From contig JBDGSN010000007.1 in the NCBI GenBank assembly GCA_042217505.1, positions 2,700 to 66,699 of the forward strand: a DNA stretch of 64,000 nucleotides, read 5' to 3'. Position 1 is the stretch's first letter. Every line of letters starts with the position of its first letter. Shown in pieces: positions 1 through 7,278 of this stretch. The position numbers and the translations under genes are program-made. The notes beneath the pieces are model-generated. The model worked only from the letters and a program-made list of their open reading frames with translations, searched no databases and was not told the DNA's origin. This DNA comes from Candidatus Nanohaloarchaea archaeon. Its GTDB lineage: Archaea; Nanohalarchaeota; Nanosalinia; Nanosalinales; Nanosalinaceae.

Positions 1-95
1 GTAACGCCTTTGTCCTCGATCTCCACGGATGCCTCTGTTTCCACGAGGAAGTCACCAGTTTCACTGAGAACTATGGCTTCGAACCCTTGCTCCAT
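1..95 (-). CDS. N-terminal fragment of an unidentified ORF running off the left edge
   Basis: Hand translation of the minus strand from ATG (95-93) gives MEQGFEAIVLSETGDFLVETEASVEIEDKGV..., open to position 1. It begins 3 nt after the L37e stop, so it is probably co-transcribed. No family recognised. Confidence 0.3.
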   Translation of the reverse strand, partial: MEQGFEAIVLSETGDFLVETEASVEIEDKGV

Positions 96-98
96 TTC

Positions 99-260
99 TT
101 ACTCCTTCCTTGGCTTGGCCTTGTTGAAATCTTCGCGCTTCGTGGTCTTTCCGAAGCCGCAAGCGGCACAGACCCCTTTTCTAAGGTGGTATGCCTTCTC
201 TCCGCATCGGCGGCATTTGCCGTGCGTTTTCTTGTTTCGTTTACCTTTGTTCAATCCCAT
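99..260 (-). CDS. rpl37e: 50S ribosomal protein L37e (53 aa, below the ORF-track cutoff)
   Basis: Hand translation gives [53 protein letters not shown]. It is basic and has a CxxC...CxxC zinc ribbon. It lies directly downstream of the Sm gene, as in the conserved archaeal Sm-L37e pair. Confidence 0.85.
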   Translation of the reverse strand: MGLNKGKRNKKTHGKCRRCGEKAYHLRKGVCAACGFGKTTKREDFNKAKPRKE

Positions 261-271
261 TGTTGATCACT

Positions 272-505
272 CTATTCTGGACTTACAACGATCACGTTGT
301 CGCCCCTGATGAGGAGCTTTCCGTAGTCTGTTGTTCCTTCCTCAGTCTGTACTGAAGCGTCTTCCAGCCACATGTTTAGGTGAAGGTCGAAAGCCTTCAG
401 GTTGCCGGAAACGGTTTCGCCTCCTTTGAGTTTTGTGATTACTCTGTCTCCTTTTGCTGTATCTAAAACATCTAGAGGTCTTTTGCCACTATCGTCATTT
501 CCCAT
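272..505 (-). CDS. Sm-like (LSm/SmAP) RNA-binding protein
   Basis: 77 aa with Sm1/Sm2 pattern: RPLDVLDTAKGDRVITKLKGGETVSGNLKAFDLHLNMWLEDA...LLIRGDNVIVV. Confidence 0.9.
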   Translation of the reverse strand: MGNDDSGKRPLDVLDTAKGDRVITKLKGGETVSGNLKAFDLHLNMWLEDASVQTEEGTTDYGKLLIRGDNVIVVSPE

Positions 506-657
506 AAATTAAAACACCTGTATGAACGAAATTCCCTGAAGAACTTATATAAACCTACCGTGGATCTGGTTTTTGAACGGATTTACTGGGCGAACAAGTT
601 GAACTGCCTCCAGCATTTGAATACTTTTTATAAAATTTCCTTCTTATTGATGTGAAT

Positions 658-1035
658 ATGGCAGTCTGGCACAAAAGATCGCAGAGGAAGAAGACCGGCG
701 GAAGAACCCGCAGGTACAGGAAGTCGAAAAAATACGATATAGGATCAGAGTTCTCCGCACCAGAGATGGGGGAGCAGAAGGTTATACAGAGAAAGACCCG
801 TGGAGGCAACGAGAAGAACGTTGTCAAGAAAGCGGCATCTATCAACCTAGCAGTAGACGGCGAAGTGGAGAACGTCGAGATCGAGTCCGTCGAGGACAAC
901 CCGGCGAACCCTAACTACGTCAGAAGATCTCTACTGACCAAGGGAACTATCGTCAACACTTCGGAAGGCAAGGCAAGAGTCACTTCAAGACCTGGCCAGG
1001 AAGGAGTTGTCAACGGAAAGCTAGTCGAGGAGTAG
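658..1035 (+). CDS. rps8e: 30S ribosomal protein S8e
   Basis: MAVWHKRSQRKKTGGRTRRYRKSKKYDIGSE... is typical of an S8e N-terminus. ATG at 658 is preferred over the track GTG at 652. TATA-like TTTTATAAAA lies at 626-635. Confidence 0.9.
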   Translation: MAVWHKRSQRKKTGGRTRRYRKSKKYDIGSEFSAPEMGEQKVIQRKTRGGNEKNVVKKAASINLAVDGEVENVEIESVEDNPANPNYVRRSLLTKGTIVNTSEGKARVTSRPGQEGVVNGKLVEE

Positions 1036-1125
1036 ATCTTCGGCCTATCCCACGTTCTTTCTTATATTTTCCCAGATATCTTTCTTCCATCCATTTTTAT
1101 ACATTTCTATGTCCAATTAGGTTGT

Positions 1126-1566
1126 ATGCAGCGGATACCGGACAAAAACTGCGTCTTTACAGTCTACAGCGGAGATCTTCACGACCTGGCAGAGAATGTT
1201 AGAGAGTACTGCAGCAGCCGCTACGGCGATAGATGCGAGTTCAAATCGGTTTCGATCGAAAGAGTACACCCGGATGGACACTCATGGAAGGTCCACGATT
1301 TACCTGGTTTCGATGATAGAACGATAAATGCTATAGAGAACCATCTGAAAGCCAGGAGAGATGTGGTCCACGTCAGCTTTGGTGGGGAAGACGAGCAGAT
1401 GTCTCTTGTGGTCACGCCGGCCAGGAACACATCCCAGCTGGCCCGTTATCTGAGAAGCGAAGATATGGAGGGGCTGGATGAAGAAGATCTAGTCCTCCTG
1501 GCTATCGAAAGAGAGGAAGAAGCGCTTGATCTAGCTGAAGAGATGATAGATTCGCTTGAAAAATAA
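1126..1566 (+). CDS. hypothetical acidic protein (146 aa)
   Basis: Clean ORF with an ATG and a TATA-like TTTTTATAC about 25 nt upstream. Acidic C-terminal helix. No family recognised. Confidence 0.5.
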   Translation: MQRIPDKNCVFTVYSGDLHDLAENVREYCSSRYGDRCEFKSVSIERVHPDGHSWKVHDLPGFDDRTINAIENHLKARRDVVHVSFGGEDEQMSLVVTPARNTSQLARYLRSEDMEGLDEEDLVLLAIEREEEALDLAEEMIDSLEK

Positions 1567-1634
1567 AAAGTTAGAAAGGGAATCACCTGTGCTCGGCTGC
1601 ACGCCTGACAGGTGTGAAGAACTTACTTATCCAC

Positions 1635-1655
1635 CGAAAGATCAGTGATCTTTCG
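1635..1655. other. perfect 9-bp stem / 3-nt loop hairpin between convergent genes
   Basis: cgaaagatc-agt-gatctttcg. Flanked by direct repeats atccaccg at 1630-1637 and 1664-1671. A second 7-bp stem is at 1584-1590/1608-1614. Confidence 0.35.
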
Positions 1656-1715
1656 TCGTCAAAATCCACCGGAATATGTCGCCCGGTGTCATCTAGGAAA
1701 TCAGTTCCCATCAAG

Positions 1716-1889
1716 TTAAACCTCGCACCCAACTCTTTTTAAGCTTTCCTTAGATCGGTTCATTTGGCGTATAACGGATATAGCGACGTTTTCAACGTCC
1801 TGTTCAGAGTAGATCATCTCCTCCATAGCGGTCCTTTCCTGGTTTGGAAGATACTCAAGATGTTTGCGGTAACGGTCAAGTCGAGACAT
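1716..1889 (-). CDS. small ORF, 57 aa, unannotated in the track (possible small DNA-binding protein)
   Basis: Hand translation, codon by codon, gives MSRLDRYRKHLEYLPNQERTAMEEMIYSEQDVENVAISVIRQMNRSKESLKRVGCEV. The ATG is 23 nt downstream of a perfect GTTTATAAAC box, which fits a leaderless transcript. It shares its upstream element with orc1/cdc6 and with the 40907 ORF. Confidence 0.45.
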   Translation of the reverse strand: MSRLDRYRKHLEYLPNQERTAMEEMIYSEQDVENVAISVIRQMNRSKESLKRVGCEV

Positions 1890-1911
1890 AGAGGGTGATT
1901 GCCGCCACTCG

Positions 1912-1959
1912 GTTTATAAACAAACGAGAACTCTGCCGGTAGTTCCGGTAGCGGTTAAA
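1912..1959 (-). promoter_or_regulatory. promoter of the 57-aa ORF: GTTTATAAAC TATA box plus an upstream tandem 9-bp element
   Basis: Read in the coding direction: TACCGGAAC TACCGGCAG - 11 nt - GTTTATAAAC. The TATA box is at 1912-1921 and the units are at 1933-1941 and 1942-1950. Confidence 0.55.
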
Positions 1960-2003
1960 CAGCTTTCAGGGGGACAGTAAAAGCTTTAGGACCGGGTTAT
2001 ACA

Positions 2004-3023
2004 TCATTCCTGTACCATGTACTTCCGCCAGCGGCCTTCGCCCTCTGAATCTATGAGCCGGTAGTGGTCCATCTTCTTCAGGTACTTCCTTAAAGTCCGC
2101 TCGACCTTCGGCTCATCGACCTCGTCCCTGTAATCATCGTAGAGGTCTCCTGGTGCGATCTTTCCGTTCTCCTCGATTATATCGTAGAGGACTTTCTGGT
2201 GGTGGTTAAGCTTGTCGATCGACTTCGACTTGTTCTCCTTCTCGGCTTCCGGTAAAGCATCGTCCACTATCTCGCTGGTTATCTTGTCTAGGTTGTCAGC
2301 CTCTGCTTCCTCGGCAGCAATCCTCAATGCGTTGATCGCCACCCTGGCATCTCCATCAGCCCGGTTGGCTATCTTGTGCAGCTGCGAGGTCTCTATCGAC
2401 TCCTTTCTCAGACCCCATTTCCGTCTATCTTTGAGGATATCGACCAGCTCGTCTTTTGGGTACGCCGGGAAATGTATCTCCTTTGTGCCTTCAAGAGAAG
2501 ATCTTATCCTGTCATCGAAGTCGTAGAGCGCTGTTTCCTTGTTGGCGATCATAATCAATGCGGCGTTCGACTCCCTTGCGAAGTCATACAGTATCCTTTC
2601 ATCCTCTATCTGGTCGACCTCGTCAAGTATGATTATGCTCGGCCTATCCTGCATCTTCGACTGGAACTTATCCACAAGTTCATCTGTAGGAGTCCCTGTC
2701 CGGTGTATCAGGTTGACTCCAAGGTCCTGGAGTATGTTGTAGTAGACCTTGAACCGTGAAGGGTAACGCCAGCAGTTAACGCTTCCAGCGACGACGTTGG
2801 AAGAGTACTTCTGAAGCTCATCGACCACGTATTCTGCCATAGTCGACTTTCCTGTCCCCGGCGGTCCGTAGAGAAGCATGTTTCTCGGACTCCCGTTCTC
2901 CAGTAGAGGGTTCAGGTTCCGCTTGATCTCAGTCACCTGTGAATCTCTGTGGACCATCCTGTTCGGCAGAAAGTCTGCAGTAAGTACTCTTGCGTCCTCG
3001 ATCACGGAGTTCGGTCGTCTCAC
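2004..3023 (-). CDS. cdc6: Orc1/Cdc6 replication initiator
   Basis: AAA+ Walker A LLYGPPGTGKST, Walker B IIILDEVD, C-terminal winged-helix region. GTG start at 3023-3021. Confidence 0.95.
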   Translation of the reverse strand: MRRPNSVIEDARVLTADFLPNRMVHRDSQVTEIKRNLNPLLENGSPRNMLLYGPPGTGKSTMAEYVVDELQKYSSNVVAGSVNCWRYPSRFKVYYNILQDLGVNLIHRTGTPTDELVDKFQSKMQDRPSIIILDEVDQIEDERILYDFARESNAALIMIANKETALYDFDDRIRSSLEGTKEIHFPAYPKDELVDILKDRRKWGLRKESIETSQLHKIANRADGDARVAINALRIAAEEAEADNLDKITSEIVDDALPEAEKENKSKSIDKLNHHQKVLYDIIEENGKIAPGDLYDDYRDEVDEPKVERTLRKYLKKMDHYRLIDSEGEGRWRKYMVQE

Positions 3024-3084
3024 GGAACTATAATTGTTCCGCTACATTAAAAGAGATTACAGCGGTGTTCCGCTAGTTCCGGTA
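3023..3084 (-). promoter_or_regulatory. orc1/cdc6 promoter with four CGGAAC/GTTCCG-type boxes (ORB-like or operator)
   Basis: Plus strand: cggaac (3023-3028), gttccgcta (3036-3044), cattaaaa which is the reverse complement of a TTTTAATG TATA (3045-3052), gttccgcta (3067-3075) and gttccggta (3076-3084). The first two boxes form an inverted repeat that abuts the GTG start. Confidence 0.55.
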
Positions 3085-3135
3085 CCGTTACGCTAGTACG
3101 GTGCAAGAATCCCCTCAAGGATGCGATCTTGAAAA

Positions 3136-4221
3136 TCAGATATGTCGCAGGTTCAGCTCAAGTATGTCCTCATCAGCCAGTTCATGTTCTTTCCCTACTT
3201 TCTGGTCAGGGAACTTCGAGCTTGGACCAGAAACTTTCGCTGCCTTGAACCGCTCTAGCATGTCACCGGGCAGCTCTTCCATGGCTTCTTCTATGGTTGA
3301 ACCTTCTCTGAGTATCAAGGGTTCGTCCCTGTCAACTTCCCCTCCTTTTTCTTTCATGTATACACGGATTAGACCCATTGATTCGAACACCAGGTCTTTG
3401 AGCTCGTCAAGGTTTGTCCCGTTCTCCGCTGATATAAGTAGATCGTATTTTTCTTCGAACTCTTGTTTCCGGTCAGAATTCAGCAGGTCCATCTTGTTGA
3501 CGACCTTAATGCATGGAAGATACTTCCGATTATCCATCAGCCCGTCGATAAACCTGTCCAGATCCACCTTTTCCCGTATAGTTAGATTCGCATTCGTGTA
3601 GCCGTACTGGTGCATCAGGTCTTTCAGAGTGTCCTCGTCGATATCGAGGTCGACTGTTGAGGAGATCTTTATACCGCCACGACCCTTCTTCTCCACCTTG
3701 ATATCAGGAGGAGCAGTGTTTATCCTTATACCGACGTCGTGAAGCTCTTTCTCCAGCTGCTCATCCCTCATCTCCTCAGGGTCGAGAAGCATTAGAACAA
3801 GGTCAGCCGTTCTCACAACGGAGAGGACCTGTTTTCCACCGCCTCTACCATCGGCTGCTCCACCGATGAGTCCGGGGACATCCAGTATCTGTATGTTCGC
3901 ACCCCGGTGCTTCAGCATACCCGGGAAGACATCCAGGGTTGTGAACTCGTACTCGCCGACATCGCTGTCAGCGTTCGTTATCTTGTTAAGCAGTGAGGAC
4001 TTCCCGACTGAGGGAAATCCTACGAGTGCGACCGTGGCGTCTCCTCTTTTCTCCACTGCATAACCTGAGGTGTCTCCTGTCCCTTTCTGCTTCTTCTGCT
4101 TCTCTTCCTTCAGCTTGGCTATCTGGCCTTTAAGACGACCTCTCTCCTTTTCAGTGGCTTTGTTGACCGGGGTCTTCTCAAGCTTCTCTTCCAGTTCCTG
4201 TATGCGGTCTTCGACGCCCAT
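3136..4221 (-). CDS. DRG/Obg-family GTP-binding protein with C-terminal TGS domain
   Basis: G1 GFPSVGKSSLLN, G3 DVPGLIGGA, G4 NKMD. N-terminal lysine-rich coiled coil and a TGS-like C-terminus. Confidence 0.9.
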   Translation of the reverse strand: MGVEDRIQELEEKLEKTPVNKATEKERGRLKGQIAKLKEEKQKKQKGTGDTSGYAVEKRGDATVALVGFPSVGKSSLLNKITNADSDVGEYEFTTLDVFPGMLKHRGANIQILDVPGLIGGAADGRGGGKQVLSVVRTADLVLMLLDPEEMRDEQLEKELHDVGIRINTAPPDIKVEKKGRGGIKISSTVDLDIDEDTLKDLMHQYGYTNANLTIREKVDLDRFIDGLMDNRKYLPCIKVVNKMDLLNSDRKQEFEEKYDLLISAENGTNLDELKDLVFESMGLIRVYMKEKGGEVDRDEPLILREGSTIEEAMEELPGDMLERFKAAKVSGPSSKFPDQKVGKEHELADEDILELNLRHI

Positions 4222-4272
4222 GATGTCTATCTCATCGAAAAATGTAATAAGGATATTTTTGAAGATTTAACT

Positions 4273-4804
4273 ATGGTTGGGATCGAATCTAGGCTTCATT
4301 TCAAAGGAATTATGTCTGCTGACGGGGGTTTACGGTGTAGCCGCTACTCTAGGCGCTCCTGGAAACGAAGTTATGTACACTCAGGAGGGTGACGGTAACA
4401 CTGGCACCAATATACTGGAGTTCGAGAACCCTGAGGAGATAGAAGCGTATATGGGACCTGTGTCGGGTATCATGAGAATCCACAGCCAAGATCAGAGGAA
4501 AACGCAGATTTCTATGTGCATGAGGGAAAGATAACAGGTATACTGAATCCGGCAAAGCTGGAAACGCAAAAACGGCGTCGGTACTGAGGAAGAGGTAGAG
4601 TTCAGTTACGAAGGAAACCAGGAGAAGAACGGGGGAAAAATAGGCTACCAGGTCTTTATCTCTATGCGCAGCCGGGTCGATGGTATCGCAAGCGGGAAAC
4701 TTCGGGCGACCGGTTTCAGAGAGATCGAGGGTTCAAACGAGGTTGAACGCATAGAGAATGCGGTGAAGATTATAGACACACTTGCCAAGCATTTCAACCG
4801 TTAA
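4273..4804 (+). pseudogene. apparently frame-disrupted gene (about 176 aa if repaired), family not recognised
   Basis: Coding-like sequence alternates between two frames. The segments read MVGIESRLHFKGIMSADG | VYGVAATLGAPGNEVMYTQEGDGNTGTNILEFENPEEIEAYMGPVSGIMRIHSQD.. | ..NADFYVHEGKITGILNPAKLETQ | NGVGTEEEVEFSYEGNQEKNGGKIGYQVFISMRSRVDGIASGKLRATGFREIEGSNEVERIENAVKIIDTLAKHFNR, ending at the stop at 4802-4804. The switch points sit on G5 (4324-4328), A4 (4499-4502) and A5 (4568-4572). Confidence 0.35.
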
Positions 4805-4849
4805 CATGTAAGAAGAATAAAGTTGAGGGGTATGTGGTTTCTCGAGGAT

Positions 4850-5161
4850 CTACTCCTCAGTTTTCTCGATGCCGCCGTCACGACCTATGTTGAGCTGTAT
4901 GTCGTCAGCCCATTCGCGGACGTAGGCGCCTGTGATCTTGACATCGGCACCTTCATCAACGGCATCGATCTCTTCCTCCCAAAGCGTCAGGTCGATAGAA
5001 CCTGTATCGTCTTCGAAGGTGCAGGTAGTGATCTTTTTCTGTCCGTACCTGGTCGAAACTGCTCTTGGAGTTGGAAGTTCGGTTATGGTTCCCGTGATTT
5101 CAACGTCATCTGATTCGGGCGTGAGTTCCTCGACAGTCATTTCGGTCATATCTGATCCCAC
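4850..5161 (-). CDS. single OB-fold ssDNA-binding (RPA/SSB-like) protein
   Basis: ITGTITELPTPRAVSTRYGQKKITTCTFEDDTGSIDLTLWEEEIDAVDEGADVKITGAYVREW is the classic archaeal short-RPA OB pattern. The start is ambiguous: GTG at 5161, or ATG at 5149 or 5140. Confidence 0.7.
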   Translation of the reverse strand: MGSDMTEMTVEELTPESDDVEITGTITELPTPRAVSTRYGQKKITTCTFEDDTGSIDLTLWEEEIDAVDEGADVKITGAYVREWADDIQLNIGRDGGIEKTEE

Positions 5162-5242
5162 TAGCCATAAAATACCGTTATTATCTTTAAAACGATTTCG
5201 CCCCGGTCAAGGTTTAAACCGCTAAGCCACGAGTTTAATGGT

Positions 5243-6127
5243 ATGAGACTGCCCTGGAACGAAGGACGGGAAGAGAAAAACGAGAAGATCGAACAGCTCC
5301 AGGAAAGGATACAGGAACTGGAAGAGGAAAAAGATAGTTTCAAGCAGAGGTTCCAGGCAGAAAAGGAGCGAAGAAGCGAATTATCCCGGAAAAAACAGGA
5401 TGCGGAGAAGGAGCTTAACAGGTTAAGAGATCGTTTAAGAGCTGATGAGGGAAAAGTTGAAGAGGATGAATCACGGCAGAATGACTTCACAAAGATATCT
5501 TATGGGAGAGTGAAGAAGATGCTTCAGAAACTTGGAACTGTAAGTTCGGAGGAAAAAGATATGGTAACTGTCTACTCTCCCGGCAAGTTCGAGAACCATC
5601 CTCGGCTGAAAGATATCAAGAACTCGGTTAACCGGGAGGGATATCAGGTATTGAAAAACAGAGAAAGCTTTGTGGCATTCATCGATCCTGATCTATCCAG
5701 CTATCTTGTGGAGCTATCCCCGTTCTACAGCGAAAAACTTTCTATCGACGACGGCTTCTACACAGGTCGGTTGCTCCAATTCATTGAGGAGGAGAAGCAC
5801 TGGCTGCTCGTTACAGCTGGCGATACAAGGCTTTACAGGGAGAAAGACGGAGAGTTCGAGGAGATCGATAGAGAAGCCTCAAGGGTGGAGAAGAAGCATT
5901 CGAAAGGAGGTTTCTCCCAGCAAAGGTTCGAGAGGAAAAGAGAGGACCAGATCGAGAAACATGTCAAAGCAGTTGCCGAGATGATCAAAGAGAAAGATCT
6001 TGAAGAGGTCTACATCCTCGGAGATAAGAGGATCTGCAGCGATCTCCCCGGCAAATACCTGGGCAACTTTGATCCAAATATGAAGAAACCTGAGCAGTTC
6101 TACGGATTCCAGCTACTGCAGTTCTAG
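5243..6127 (+). CDS. eRF1 middle-domain paralogue (Vms1/VLRF1-like) with N-terminal coiled coil
   Basis: HSKGGFSQQRFERKREDQIEKHV aligns by eye with RAGGQSAQRFERIRKSMYETF of the aRF1 in this window. The N-terminal 80 aa are E/K/R-rich coiled coil. Confidence 0.6.
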   Translation: MRLPWNEGREEKNEKIEQLQERIQELEEEKDSFKQRFQAEKERRSELSRKKQDAEKELNRLRDRLRADEGKVEEDESRQNDFTKISYGRVKKMLQKLGTVSSEEKDMVTVYSPGKFENHPRLKDIKNSVNREGYQVLKNRESFVAFIDPDLSSYLVELSPFYSEKLSIDDGFYTGRLLQFIEEEKHWLLVTAGDTRLYREKDGEFEEIDREASRVEKKHSKGGFSQQRFERKREDQIEKHVKAVAEMIKEKDLEEVYILGDKRICSDLPGKYLGNFDPNMKKPEQFYGFQLLQF

Positions 6128-6188
6128 GAATTCAACCCTGTCTTTCGATAGCAAGAGGATTTAATTCTCACGACGGAAACCGGTTAAC

Positions 6189-6842
6189 ATGAACATCCGA
6201 GAGATCAACCAGTACCTGGAAGACAAATACGGTGAACCGTCGAAGATGCCGGAGATGTCCGGTGTCAACTGGGTTGTCGAGACCATCCTTTCGCAGAACA
6301 CGAACGATAAGAACCGGGATAAAGCGTTCAAGAAGCTGACAGAGAGATACGATTCCTGGAAAGAGGTGGAGAACGCTGACTACGAGGAGCTTGTTGACAC
6401 TATCAGGATAGCCGGTCTAGGACCGACCAAGGCTGAACGGATACAGAGGGCTTTGACGATAATAAGGGAGAAATCGCCGGATGAGGACGAGTACAGCGTG
6501 GAGTTCCTGGACGATATAAGTCTTGAGGATGCGAAAAAATGGCTTACAGATATACCTGGGATAGGACCGAAGACTGCCTCGGTGATACTGGCGTTTCACT
6601 TCGACAAACCGACTATACCTGTCGATACCCACGTCTACCGTCTTTCAAAGAGACTGGGTCTCGTCCCCGAAAACGTTTCGCGGGAGAAGGCGCATGAGAT
6701 ACTGGAGGAGAAAGTTCCGGATGATATCAAGTACGAGTTCCACAGACTTCTCATAAAACATGGACGCGAGACCTGTACCGCCCGTGTGGATGGATGTGAG
6801 CTCTGTCAAGAGTTAGTGCCTGGGAATCATTCGGAAAAGTAG
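6189..6842 (+). CDS. nth: endonuclease III-like HhH-GPD DNA glycosylase
   Basis: LSQNTND, HhH-GPD GIGPKTASVIL with the catalytic Lys, and VDTHVYR with the Asp. The C-terminal CTARVDGCELC carries only 3 of the 4 usual cluster cysteines. Confidence 0.85.
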   Translation: MNIREINQYLEDKYGEPSKMPEMSGVNWVVETILSQNTNDKNRDKAFKKLTERYDSWKEVENADYEELVDTIRIAGLGPTKAERIQRALTIIREKSPDEDEYSVEFLDDISLEDAKKWLTDIPGIGPKTASVILAFHFDKPTIPVDTHVYRLSKRLGLVPENVSREKAHEILEEKVPDDIKYEFHRLLIKHGRETCTARVDGCELCQELVPGNHSEK

Positions 6843-6923
6843 AGTTCTATAAGGAATAAAAGCGGGTCGAGGATTAGAAACCGGGAGGTTTCGACACCCC
6901 AGATTTAATGCAGATCGACTGTT

Positions 6924-7154
6924 TTACTCGTCGTCTTCAAGCTCGTCCTGCAGTCCTTCCTGCATCTGAGCCTGCTGCTCCTGCATCTCTTCGACAATCT
7001 CCTGAGCCTTCTCGTTGATGCGCTCCTGGTCAATCATGTCTTCTTCATCCATAACTGATAGAAGGGCGTGAACTGTTAGCTCTAGGTTGCCGATTTTCTG
7101 CTGAAGTACTTGCATGATCTGCTGTGAATCCATCTGCTGTGGTTGATCTGGCAT
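6924..7154 (-). CDS. small acidic Q/E-rich coiled-coil protein (76 aa)
   Basis: MPDQPQQMDSQQIMQVLQQKIGNLELTVHALLSVMDEEDMIDQER... The internal ATG at 7154 is preferred over the track start at 7178. Confidence 0.4.
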   Translation of the reverse strand: MPDQPQQMDSQQIMQVLQQKIGNLELTVHALLSVMDEEDMIDQERINEKAQEIVEEMQEQQAQMQEGLQDELEDDE

Positions 7155-7278
7155 AAAATACACCTTGAAAGAGAACAACAGGTAATCAACCTGCCATCCC
7201 TACACCTATCCTACCGTTTACCCTTAACTCTTTTAAATGAACTCATATATGGGTTTGAAGAGCGGGAAAAACGGAGGT

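Noticed and set aside
10-899. Track ORFs 10-309 (+) and 555-899 (-)
   Set aside because: They overlap L37e/Sm and S8e respectively on the opposite strand and have no protein-like features. The real genes explain the open frames.
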